From positions 4,737 to 68,736 of the IMG/VR virus record IMGVR_UViG_3300014885_000003: a stretch of DNA of 64,000 bases; one strand, written 5' to 3'. Both the position numbers and the translations under genes were made by a program. A model generated the notes under the pieces. It was not told the origin of the DNA. It worked only from the letters and a program-made list of their open reading frames with translations, and did not search any database. This DNA comes from a virus. Below are positions 9,860-18,387 of this stretch, in pieces (position 1 is the first letter of the stretch; each line of letters begins with the position of its first letter).

Positions 9860-10348
9860 ATGAAGACCTTCATTATCCTACTCGTTCTGGCCGTCGCGTC
9901 GCCAGCATTCGGTGAAGTGATTCGCTTGGCACCTGGAGACCCAGCGCCTCGTGAGGGAGCGTTCTTCGATGAACCGGCGGTCCTCAAGTTAACGGAGGAT
10001 CTGCTCGACGCTCGGACCAACTCGGCGAAGATAGAGACGCTGTCATCCGAGAACGCAGCGCTCGCGGAACAGATCTCCAGTCTCAAGCGCGAGCTGGAAC
10101 TTCGGGATCAGGAATCACGGAAGCGTGAGATGGCCATGGCCATCGCTGAAGACCGGGAGAAGCGCCGTCAGGACGACGATATGAGGGTTGACAAGGCGCT
10201 CGCGCGAGCCGAGGCGGCGCTCATGCGATATGATAAGCTGGTAGACGCACAGGCCAAGCGCATCGACTCACTGGAGTCACGCGCGATGTGGATGGGCTTC
10301 CTCGGGCCCATCGGACTGGTGATCGGTCTCTTCGCCGGCATGTTCTGA
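9860..10348 (+). CDS. Secreted coiled-coil protein with C-terminal membrane anchor
   Basis: Signal peptide MKTFIILLVLAVASPAFG, coiled coil, hydrophobic C-terminus. Confidence 0.55.
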   Translation: MKTFIILLVLAVASPAFGEVIRLAPGDPAPREGAFFDEPAVLKLTEDLLDARTNSAKIETLSSENAALAEQISSLKRELELRDQESRKREMAMAIAEDREKRRQDDDMRVDKALARAEAALMRYDKLVDAQAKRIDSLESRAMWMGFLGPIGLVIGLFAGMF

Positions 10349-10450
10349 ATGAAGGAGGAAGGCATGGAACGTTAGTCCGGCAGTGACATGAGCTGCTTCA
10401 TGAACATCGTTGATCCGATGTGCCGGGCCCTCCGGCCAATGTGTGAAACC

Positions 10451-10472
10451 GCCCCGGAGCCTTCTCCGGGGC
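10451..10472 (+). terminator. GC-rich hairpin, possible terminator after the lysis block
   Basis: GCCCCGGAG-CCTT-CTCCGGGGC; weak U tract. Confidence 0.35.
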
Positions 10473-10629
10473 GTTCTCGCCAAGACGCGCCTCGGAAAGG
10501 AGGAAGGCTTGAAACACACTGTCGTCAACTCGAAGTAAATTTTCGGCCCCGCGCCGGCTCCTCCTCCCCGGAGTTTCCCTCCGGGGAGGTTCAAGAGATA
10601 TAAAACCTCCCGAGGAGGAAGTTCCCCGA

Positions 10630-12120
10630 ATGATCACCATCACAGCTGGTGCTGTCTGGGCGTCTCTGTCCGGTCCGATCGAAGCGATTCGATGTGTACA
10701 ACAGGAACTGACAATCGAAGACCCAGCGGCTCGTTTCAAGTCTTCCTTCAAGTACGGGCACTGGGACCGCTTCATTCGGATGTACGATCAGGCCCGCGGT
10801 AGGTTCCTGTCCGGTCTGGTTTCCAGGATCGCGGATGTCCTCAGGACGGCCGGTCACCAGGTCAAAATCAATGCCGTAGACACGCCCTTTCGGCAGCCGT
10901 TCGTTCCCGCACTGAGTGGCGTACAGTTCCGGCCCTATCAGGAACAGGCCGTCAAGGCGGCGCTGGACGCGCGTAGGATCGCCCTACAGTCGCCGACGGG
11001 GTCGGGGAAGACCGAGATAGGAATGGACATCCTACGACGCGCTGGACTCCGCGCACTCTGGGTCGTCCACCGGGATGTCCTCCGAGATCAGACGATCAAG
11101 CGCATGAAGGACCGCATGCCCGGCGTAGCGATCGGGTCGATTGGAGACGGAACGTTCGAGGTCGGTGACATCACGGTCGCGATCGTCAACTCACTACAAC
11201 CGATGCTTCGCAATGAACGATTCTGGCAACAATTCGAAGCGATCGTCTTTGATGAAGCCCACCGCGCGTCCGCCGATATGTTCTACAAGGTTTCGCTGGC
11301 CTGCACGAAGGCTACCCTGCGCATCGCGCTTTCCGGCACACTGCTCGGGAAGGACAAGATTCGTAACATGAAACTGGAGGGCATGACCGGACCTCCCATG
11401 GTCGTCGCTGAGACCATGGAACTCGTCGAGATGAAGTTCCTGGCCAATCCTCGCATTGTGTTCCTTCATGTCCCGGCTGAGACGTACCCTCGCTACTCGA
11501 CTGTTCGGGAGAAGGTCTGTCCGACATGGAGAGACAATCCTCGACAGTTGATGAAGCTGGGTGCCAAACTCCACGAGACCGCGTATTCAATTGGCATTGC
11601 GAAGAACGAAGTTCGCAACAGCACCATCGTTCGAACGGCCTCCTGGTATGCGGCCAAACGTGGGGAGAAGGTGCTGGTCCTCACTTCGTTGCGCGCTCAC
11701 GGAAAGACGGTGTACGGTTCGATAGTCAGATCGCTAGATGATAACCCAGGCCTGCGATCAATCTTCCGCGCTTATATTGATGGAACGACGTCGGACACAG
11801 AACGCGATGACGTCCTTACTCAGTTTCGATCAGCGCCTACAGGCGCTGTCCTGGTCGCCACACCTTTCATGAGAGAGGGTGTCGACATCCCTGAAATCGA
11901 CGTCGCGATCCTGGCTGGTGGAGGGGCGTCGGAAACGGCGGTGATGCAGGCAGTTGGTCGTGCGTTGCGTCCCCGGCCTGACAAGCAGGAGGTTCTGATC
12001 TTTGACTTCTGGGATGGCATTGGCATCGATGACAAGGACTACCTGGCCAATCACAGAGCGGAGCGCCTTCGCGCATACCAAGATCGGAAATTCCTGATTC
12101 AGAAGCAACGCGCTACATGA
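10630..12120 (+). CDS. SF2 DEAH-box helicase (UvsW-like)
   Basis: RPYQ, SPTGSGKT, DEAH, SGT, EGVDIP, QAVGRALR motifs. Confidence 0.9.
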   Translation: MITITAGAVWASLSGPIEAIRCVQQELTIEDPAARFKSSFKYGHWDRFIRMYDQARGRFLSGLVSRIADVLRTAGHQVKINAVDTPFRQPFVPALSGVQFRPYQEQAVKAALDARRIALQSPTGSGKTEIGMDILRRAGLRALWVVHRDVLRDQTIKRMKDRMPGVAIGSIGDGTFEVGDITVAIVNSLQPMLRNERFWQQFEAIVFDEAHRASADMFYKVSLACTKATLRIALSGTLLGKDKIRNMKLEGMTGPPMVVAETMELVEMKFLANPRIVFLHVPAETYPRYSTVREKVCPTWRDNPRQLMKLGAKLHETAYSIGIAKNEVRNSTIVRTASWYAAKRGEKVLVLTSLRAHGKTVYGSIVRSLDDNPGLRSIFRAYIDGTTSDTERDDVLTQFRSAPTGAVLVATPFMREGVDIPEIDVAILAGGGASETAVMQAVGRALRPRPDKQEVLIFDFWDGIGIDDKDYLANHRAERLRAYQDRKFLIQKQRAT

Positions 12121-12944
12121 ACATCGAAACGCTTCGTCGTATGAGTGGATCTGCTATGAAGTGCTTGTACGCGCTTCGATTCATGCGAAGAGAAGGAGAT
12201 CGGATTGAAGGATCAACGCGAGCGCTGAGTGTCGCGACAGGTCTTGCACGAAGTTCTGTAATGATTGCTCGCAGAGAACTTGAGACCGCTGGTGTCATCA
12301 CCATCGTGGATGCTGCGCGAGGAATGCTGGTCATTCAGAGTAATGGAAGTGGACCGAAATCCGAGCCGCTTTCCCCAAATAGCGGCTTGATTTCCGAGCC
12401 ACCTGAAAAATCTATCCGCTGTTCTGTAAATGTACCCGCGCAAACGACAAAAGACCAAGTGGCTCGGAAATCGAGCCTGGACCGATTGTCCCTATATAGT
12501 TCTACTATACAAACTCAAGGAGGGGTTTCAAATAAGAAGAAAGGAGAAGGGTCTACCGCATCCAGACCACCCACAACTGTTCCGACTCCGATTGACAAGA
12601 TGCTTCTGCATAACGCGCTTCACCATTCCTTCCGCGCGCTCGGAGTATATGCGACGTCAGACAAGACGATCTGGATCAGCGCGGACAAGCAAGCACGTAA
12701 CCGATTACGTGAAGGCGCACAATACAATGAGCTGATGGAAGTCGCGAAGTGGGCAGCTAACGAACTGAAGAACAAGAAGTCGTTCAAACGTCTCCGACAT
12801 CTGCCGTACCTGTGGGGAACCGAGTTCGATACGTTCCTTGCGAATGCAAAGGACTCGATACAAAGTGTGCCGGCAGACTTTGAACAGCGGCAGCGGGATA
12901 TGCGGGAAGCAATGGAGGCCAGGATGAAGGAGCAGACACTATGA
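12117..12944 (+). CDS. Putative replication initiator with N-terminal HTH
   Basis: wHTH-like STRALSVATGLARSSV...LETAGVI; low-complexity linker; precedes a DnaC-like ATPase (lambda O/DnaC arrangement). Confidence 0.6.
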   Translation: MNIETLRRMSGSAMKCLYALRFMRREGDRIEGSTRALSVATGLARSSVMIARRELETAGVITIVDAARGMLVIQSNGSGPKSEPLSPNSGLISEPPEKSIRCSVNVPAQTTKDQVARKSSLDRLSLYSSTIQTQGGVSNKKKGEGSTASRPPTTVPTPIDKMLLHNALHHSFRALGVYATSDKTIWISADKQARNRLREGAQYNELMEVAKWAANELKNKKSFKRLRHLPYLWGTEFDTFLANAKDSIQSVPADFEQRQRDMREAMEARMKEQTL

Positions 12945-13594
12945 GAGACCCGTACGCGGAGTTTGCTGGAAAGAAGAAGACAAAAGAGAACACACTCGAT
13001 CGTCGGTGGAAGATGTGCAACATTCCTCCTATCAATCAACACGAGCCGCTGATGCATGCGTGGCTTCGTCACTGGATCAATGCTGATCCCCCCGACCCTC
13101 CAGGTGTCGTTCTCTGTGGGCCTCCTCGATCAGGCAAGACTGGCCAGGCAGTCGCGACGCTTCATGAAGCCGTTCGCCGATGTGTCGACATGGTCGGCTC
13201 CTGGAATCTGATCACGATCAGCGCAATGACTCGCGACGATGATGGGGAAGTGATCGTTGCTCCTGTCTGGTACGAGCGATGGGTCGACTTCGAAATCAGG
13301 ATGGGCAAAGCCTTGAAGGCATCGCGCCTGCGTCCGGAAGCTGATGGCCCTGATGATCTGGTCTACGCCCTGATCGAACGTGTCGCGGTCCTGGTCATCG
13401 ATGATGTCGAGGTCGGAGGGCGGTCGCCTCGGAAAGAGAAGGTCATGGCGCAACTGATCGGAGCCAGGAGCGACGACGGGAAGCGCACGATCTTCGTCAC
13501 TGCATCGAACCCACAAGACTTCATCGATGAGTTCGGCACGAACGTCGGAGGCAAGCTGCTCGGGAGAGGGTTCGCCGTCTGGCCGATGCCATGA
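12941..13594 (+). CDS. DnaC/IstB-like helicase loader ATPase
   Basis: Walker A GPPRSGKT, Walker B VLVIDD. Confidence 0.75.
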   Translation: MRDPYAEFAGKKKTKENTLDRRWKMCNIPPINQHEPLMHAWLRHWINADPPDPPGVVLCGPPRSGKTGQAVATLHEAVRRCVDMVGSWNLITISAMTRDDDGEVIVAPVWYERWVDFEIRMGKALKASRLRPEADGPDDLVYALIERVAVLVIDDVEVGGRSPRKEKVMAQLIGARSDDGKRTIFVTASNPQDFIDEFGTNVGGKLLGRGFAVWPMP

Positions 13595-14964
13595 GCGACG
13601 ATTCGGTCCCGTCATGGTCTGACGCACTACAGCGCCGTGTGATCATGCTGGCCGTCGCTGACGATCTGCCCAGACGTCTACCAGACGCGTTCAGCGCCAG
13701 ACTGTTCGGCCCCAGTGAGTCCCGGGCTGGCAGGCCGACGTCGCCTAGGGCCCGTATCGCAGGGCACGTTGAGGCGTACTGGAAGACGTACCTGGAAATG
13801 CCTGGTACTGGAATCATGAACGACATCATCACGGCGGATCTTCTGAAGGTGCAGGACGCGGAACGGCAAGCCGTCGTCGATGAGTGGGAAGCCATCAAGA
13901 GCGTCAGTGACGGCCTCGGTCGTGATTGGGTTCTCCGACAAGTTCAGGAATGGATCGAACGACGGCGGCTCGAACAGTCCTTGCTGGAAGCCGCGAATGC
14001 GCTAGCTCGTGGTTCGTACTCCGATGCAGTGACCGCGGTCCAACGCGGGTGCCTTCCGGTAACAGGGATCTCGACAGAAGGAACGTCACTGTTCGAACTC
14101 GCACGAGAAGACATCCAACGATTCTGGATCGACGAAGATGCTGGTATTCACGTCCCGACTGGATTCGCAGCGCTCGACTCACTGCTAGACGGGGGACCGA
14201 CGAAGGGAGAATTTCACGTGGTTCTAGCGCCTCCGAAAGGCGCGAAGACATCGTTCCTGGTAAACGTCGCGCTCGGGGCCGCGCGTCGTCGATGGGGCGT
14301 CTTCCTGGCCACGTTCGAGATGCGGTCACGACGGATGCGGATGCGCCTGCATCGCGGGATGGCTCGGGCGGGTCGGAGAGTACTTCGTGAAGACCCGTCG
14401 ATCATCCGCCGCGCGTTCCAGGGCATGCGCGCAGTGGGAGCCGGCGACATTCACGTGATCGAGGCGTCACCTCAACAGGCAAAGGCATGCGTGATCGTCG
14501 CTGATCAAGTCAGAGATCTTCGGCGCCGCGGAGCCAAGATCGATGTCGTCGTTTTGGACTATCTGAACATCATGGGCGCCAGTCAGCAGGAACGGGAGAA
14601 GCGGCATGAACTGGCGCGGATCGCTCGTGACATGTCGGCGCTGGCGAAGGACCTTGATGTCGTCGTCTGGTCAGCTGGACTGGTGAACCGACAGGCGATG
14701 GATACAAAGTATCCGAAGAAGTCCGACATCGCGGAATCGTACGAGGTCGTTGCGGTCGCGGACGGAGTGTATGCAATCTTCGCTGATAAGAGCATGCGAT
14801 CGAATCGGCAAAAGGGATTGCACGCGGTCGCACTGCGGGAAGCAGAAGACGAGCGCAGGATCAGCGTCTATCGAGTCGACCTGGATCGACTCGTCTTCGA
14901 AGAAGAACGAGACGACGAACCTGACCCTGAACCAGGAACCGACGAAGGGAGCGAAGTCCTATGA
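13591..14964 (+). CDS. dnaB: DnaB-like replicative helicase
   Basis: PTGFAALD.LL.GG, APPKGAKT, TFEM, VVVLDYL, SDIAES motifs. Confidence 0.85.
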   Translation: MSDDSVPSWSDALQRRVIMLAVADDLPRRLPDAFSARLFGPSESRAGRPTSPRARIAGHVEAYWKTYLEMPGTGIMNDIITADLLKVQDAERQAVVDEWEAIKSVSDGLGRDWVLRQVQEWIERRRLEQSLLEAANALARGSYSDAVTAVQRGCLPVTGISTEGTSLFELAREDIQRFWIDEDAGIHVPTGFAALDSLLDGGPTKGEFHVVLAPPKGAKTSFLVNVALGAARRRWGVFLATFEMRSRRMRMRLHRGMARAGRRVLREDPSIIRRAFQGMRAVGAGDIHVIEASPQQAKACVIVADQVRDLRRRGAKIDVVVLDYLNIMGASQQEREKRHELARIARDMSALAKDLDVVVWSAGLVNRQAMDTKYPKKSDIAESYEVVAVADGVYAIFADKSMRSNRQKGLHAVALREAEDERRISVYRVDLDRLVFEEERDDEPDPEPGTDEGSEVL

Positions 14965-15197
14965 CGACGATCACAGTGGCCTGGAGACGTGTCGTGCAAG
15001 TCAAGCCGTACGAAAGTCTGGAGTTCCAACTAGGCATGACGGACACGCTGGACCGCGATCCGATCATGCCCTCTGATACGACTCAGGCAGTCGCAGCACG
15101 AGGCGCTCAGGTCGCGAAGATCGAGGCGGATCTGTATCGACAACTCGCACATGTGGGCAACGCGCTGGTCGCCGAGCAACTGGCTAAGCTGAAGTGA
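14961..15197 (+). CDS. Hypothetical protein
   Basis: Coupled to both neighbours; QVKPYES motif. Confidence 0.55.
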   Translation: MTTITVAWRRVVQVKPYESLEFQLGMTDTLDRDPIMPSDTTQAVAARGAQVAKIEADLYRQLAHVGNALVAEQLAKLK

Positions 15198-16186
15198 ACC
15201 TCGACGCGTACATTCGTTCTCGCGTCGCCATTCGAAACGACGATGGTGGACGAGGGTACGACGAAGGTATTCGGACGTTCGACTGTCCGCACTGCCACGA
15301 CAGGAAGGGCCGTGGATGGATGAACATCTTGCGGTGGACGGCCGGCTGCTGGAACCTCGGCTGCCTGGCCGAACCTCGTGTTGATGGCGGAGCGCTAGAG
15401 TGGGCTCGCGTCCTGGAAGACCTGAACACACGAGGTCGAACGTGGCACTTCCTGAACACGGAGTTTCCTGGGGAGTCGTCGTTTCAGCCGACGCGGTTGC
15501 TCAAGATCACCGACTGGTGTGTCTTCCCGAAGACAGCTCACTGGTTCTCGGACGAAGAGACTAGACTGGAATATCCGTATCGGATCTTCATCAAAGCGCA
15601 GTGGGGCCTTTCCCGTCTCGACGCGATCAAGTGGGAACTCGGCTGGTCGTTCGCAGGGCGTTACCGGCTTCGTGTGATCATTCCAATCATCATGGATCAT
15701 CGGCCTGTCGCGTTCCAGGCTCGGACGATTCATCCGATGGGAGAACCGAAGTACCTGACATCGAAGCATGGTGAGTACGGAACGATCGACTCGGAGTGCG
15801 GACGTCCTGCCCGTGCGTTGCTATTCAATCTGGACGCTGCGCCTTCGCAATCAGAGCTGATGCTGGTCGAAGGTCCGGGTGACGTCATGCAATGGACGAA
15901 GCGTCGACAGGACACCATCCCTTTCGGTCTGCTAGGAACAGCATTGACTCCGGAGAAAATCGGTCTGATCGCGATCCGGCGACCACGTCGCGTGATCGTC
16001 GCGCTTGACGCGGAACCGGAGGCGCAACGCCGGGCGCTCGCCCACGTGGAAGACCTTGAGGCGTGGGGAATCCCCGCCGTCCTGGGCACGTGGTCAGGAG
16101 GCAAGGACGCTGGTAGCGGCGCCAGGCTAGATGTCAAAGAGGCACTAGGTCTCGCTGATCAGATCCGCGCCCGCCTTCGTTCTTAA
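15194..16186 (+). CDS. DNA primase (Zn finger plus TOPRIM)
   Basis: CPHC...CWNLGC; IIPI...FQAR; LVEGPGD; ALDAE; KDAG. Confidence 0.85.
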   Translation: MNLDAYIRSRVAIRNDDGGRGYDEGIRTFDCPHCHDRKGRGWMNILRWTAGCWNLGCLAEPRVDGGALEWARVLEDLNTRGRTWHFLNTEFPGESSFQPTRLLKITDWCVFPKTAHWFSDEETRLEYPYRIFIKAQWGLSRLDAIKWELGWSFAGRYRLRVIIPIIMDHRPVAFQARTIHPMGEPKYLTSKHGEYGTIDSECGRPARALLFNLDAAPSQSELMLVEGPGDVMQWTKRRQDTIPFGLLGTALTPEKIGLIAIRRPRRVIVALDAEPEAQRRALAHVEDLEAWGIPAVLGTWSGGKDAGSGARLDVKEALGLADQIRARLRS

Positions 16187-16278
16187 CTAGTTGATCTTCA
16201 TGGAGTAAACCCGCATCGTAACTACTCAATAAATATACGCTACTTTTTGGTCCTTCGTACGGCCGTAACTGTTTGATA
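16184..16278. promoter_or_regulatory. Two IHF-consensus sites in an AT-rich intergenic region
   Basis: TAACTGTTTGATA (16266-16278) matches YAANNNNTTGATW exactly; TAACTAGTTGATC (16184-16196) has one mismatch. Confidence 0.5.
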
Positions 16279-16355
16279 CTCCAGAGAAAGATTTTTCAAA
16301 GTGCCTACTGTTTCCCCGGGGAATGACGATAACCTATGTGTAGGGACGAAGTAAA

Positions 16356-16546
16356 ACCGACCTAGACCCGGACGGTCGGTGGCCGAAAGGCCGCAGGTGC
16401 GGGGGCGAAGGTGGCAGGCCACGGACAAGCCACCGCAAGATACCGGGAGGGATTGACGTCCCTTCGGTCAGGACCAGCGGCACTGAAAAGTGCCTTGCAC
16501 TGGATCACCGGCACCGGGATCGAATCGCAACCCTGACGAACTCAGG
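16356..16546 (+). ncRNA. Highly structured leader RNA
   Basis: About seven consecutive hairpins, two with GAAA tetraloops; multibranch closed by GUGCGG/UUGCAC; no credible ORF. Confidence 0.55.
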
Positions 16547-16553
16547 AGCGTAA

Positions 16554-16646
16554 GCAGAGGGACAGGAACAGCCATGCGGAAGTAAGGTCCTAGTAGAGGC
16601 CATGAGCTGGTCCTGGTAATGCAGATGTCCGGTCCCAACTCCGGAC
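16554..16646 (+). ncRNA. Permuted twister-like ribozyme copy 1 (extended P1)
   Basis: GCAGAGGGAC-[long P1]-GGUAAUGC-AG-AU-GUCCGG-UCCCAACU-CCGGAC. Confidence 0.8.
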
Positions 16647-16661
16647 AGAAAGGGAATAACG

Positions 16662-16901
16662 ATGACGGCGAGAAACTGGATCGCTGAAGGTCGGTCGGTC
16701 GGAGTCCAGCCGGATGGAACGATTCATTACTACGCGGTAGCAGAACGGCCGAACGGAACGCTGACGCTGATGTACGTGACCAACTTCAAACAGCGGACCG
16801 TGAATCGGGAATGGCTGTCGACGACGTACGCGCCCGGCCGCAAGGGCGCAAAGGCAGCGGTGGATCATCTGAACGTTCTGAATTTTCCGCCGTCCGCGTA
16901 A
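16662..16901 (+). CDS. Small hypothetical protein (early-type cluster)
   Basis: AAGGG SD directly after ribozyme 1. Confidence 0.7.
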   Translation: MTARNWIAEGRSVGVQPDGTIHYYAVAERPNGTLTLMYVTNFKQRTVNREWLSTTYAPGRKGAKAAVDHLNVLNFPPSA

Positions 16902-16925
16902 GCAGAACGAAAAAGGAGAAACACA

Positions 16926-17102
16926 ATGATCAAGTCAGGCGACACGATTTTCGTGGTGGAAGTGATCGCGGACGACAGCGGAAAGTGGTGCGGCAACGGT
17001 CTGGAGTTCGCCTCGCGCGAAGCCGCTGAACAGTACGCGGCCGATCTATTCTCGCGGTGGTCGGCCGTACGCGAAACACGCGTGGTTCGCGGAACGAAGT
17101 AA
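16926..17102 (+). CDS. 58-aa hypothetical protein (not in ORF track)
   Basis: AAGGAG SD; MIKSGDTIFVVEVIADDSGKWCGNGLEFASREAAE...; stop abuts ribozyme 2. Confidence 0.7.
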   Translation: MIKSGDTIFVVEVIADDSGKWCGNGLEFASREAAEQYAADLFSRWSAVRETRVVRGTK

Positions 17103-17104
17103 AA

Positions 17105-17165
17105 GCAGAGGGACAGGAAGGCAACGCCCTTCCTGGTAATGCGCAGTCCGGTCCCAAGCCCGGAC
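17105..17165 (+). ncRNA. Permuted twister-like ribozyme copy 2
   Basis: GCAGAGGGAC-AGGAAGG..CCUUCCU-GGUAAUGC-GC-A-GUCCGG-UCCCAAGC-CCGGAC. Confidence 0.85.
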
Positions 17166-17182
17166 GAAAGGGAGAAACAACG

Positions 17183-17422
17183 ATGACGAAGAAGGATTAC
17201 GTGCTGATCGCGAACGCTATCCGCGCCGCTCACGGCGAGACCGGCAGTCATGTGGTCATCCGGACCGCCGAGCACATCGCGGAAGCGCTCCGTGGTTCGA
17301 ATCCGCTGTTCGATACCAGCAAGTTCATGGCAGCCGTTCGTGATCCGAAGGTGCCAGCGTTTTATCCCGTGACCGATCAGAACGGCAAGCGAATCCTCGT
17401 GACGATCCCGGAGACGAAGTGA
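17183..17422 (+). CDS. Small hypothetical protein (MTKKDYVLIA family)
   Basis: GGGAG SD after ribozyme 2; KDY.LIA...NP.FD..KF pattern common in phage proteins. Confidence 0.7.
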   Translation: MTKKDYVLIANAIRAAHGETGSHVVIRTAEHIAEALRGSNPLFDTSKFMAAVRDPKVPAFYPVTDQNGKRILVTIPETK

Positions 17423-17661
17423 TGGTCCGCGCGATCCTGCACTACTCGGTTCGGATTCCGCACTACTGGGTGTCGATCGGCGATCAGAACACGTCATTCA
17501 ATCGGAAGCCGCAAGCGCTAGCATTCCTCCGGAAGCACAACCGGCAGGTCGACGCGGAGAACGGAGCGGCGGTCCAGGCAGCGATTCGCCGATCAAAGGC
17601 GTTCCTAGCCGACGATTGCAGCGCGTGCTCGATCGGCCGCTGCCAGTATCACGGCGCATAG
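17419..17661 (+). CDS. Small hypothetical protein
   Basis: GTGA coupling; TAG overlaps the first G of ribozyme 3. Confidence 0.6.
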   Translation: MMVRAILHYSVRIPHYWVSIGDQNTSFNRKPQALAFLRKHNRQVDAENGAAVQAAIRRSKAFLADDCSACSIGRCQYHGA

Positions 17662-17719
17662 CAGAGGGACGGAGGCCTCCAGCCTCCGGTAATGCAGAAG
17701 TCCGGTCCCAACTCCGGAC
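17661..17719 (+). ncRNA. Permuted twister-like ribozyme copy 3
   Basis: P1 CGGAGGC/GCCUCCG; UAAUGC-AG pairs with loop CU. Confidence 0.85.
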
Positions 17720-17735
17720 AGGAAAGGGTCAAACG

Positions 17736-17936
17736 ATGAAGACGATCATGCTGTATCGAGGTATCAACGGATTTTGGTCGGCTGATGATGGATCGGCAAC
17801 GTACGAGACGGCCTATCACAGCACCGCGGATGCGATGGTTGTGCTATCTGGTGTGCGCGCGATTGTTCGCAGCCTTGATCCCGGTACGGAAGTGATCATC
17901 AAGTCAGGTCATGAAGCACAACCGGAGGTGATGTAA
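17736..17936 (+). CDS. Small hypothetical protein
   Basis: AAAGGG SD after ribozyme 3; TAATG coupling downstream. Confidence 0.65.
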   Translation: MKTIMLYRGINGFWSADDGSATYETAYHSTADAMVVLSGVRAIVRSLDPGTEVIIKSGHEAQPEVM

Positions 17937-18310
17937 TGAAGCTGTTCACGGCACGATACGCGGGGTTTTGCACGGGATGTTCTGCGGCAATCGAGCCGGG
18001 CGACCGGGTGCTGTTCGCGGGACAGAAGCGGATTTACTGCTCGGTGGAGTGTGAACGCGTGAACCACCGGATGACGGACGAAGAGATCAAGGCCGACAAC
18101 CGAGCAGCGTTCTTCGCCAGCATGCCGAAGAATCCTGGTGACGAGCGCTGCGACGATTGCAGCGGGACCGGAACGCGGATCTGGGGCGCGATCGTGAACG
18201 GTGTTCCGACGCATTCCGGAGTGTGCTTCCGGTGTCAGGGGAAGGGCAAGCAGAGCCTGGCTGATCGTCGCCGGAACTTCACGTACGACTGCCACCGTCA
18301 GGCGGTCTAG
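17936..18310 (+). CDS. Zinc-finger protein (DnaJ-like CxxCxGxG repeats)
   Basis: CTGC, CSVEC, CDDCSGTG, CFRCQGKG. Confidence 0.7.
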   Translation: MKLFTARYAGFCTGCSAAIEPGDRVLFAGQKRIYCSVECERVNHRMTDEEIKADNRAAFFASMPKNPGDERCDDCSGTGTRIWGAIVNGVPTHSGVCFRCQGKGKQSLADRRRNFTYDCHRQAV

Positions 18311-18371
18311 CAGAGGGACAGGAAGGCAACGCCTTCCTGGTAATGCGCAGTCCTGGCCCCAAGCCCAGGAC
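18310..18371 (+). ncRNA. Permuted twister-like ribozyme copy 4
   Basis: P4 variant GUCCUGG/CCAGGAC with a compensatory extra pair; loop CCCCAAGC. Confidence 0.85.
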
Positions 18372-18387
18372 AAAAGGAGGGAAGACG

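Noticed and set aside
16533-16550. Hammerhead core (CUGACGA)
   Set aside because: No correctly placed stem II-GAAA; the sequence is explained by a CCUGA/UCAGG hairpin
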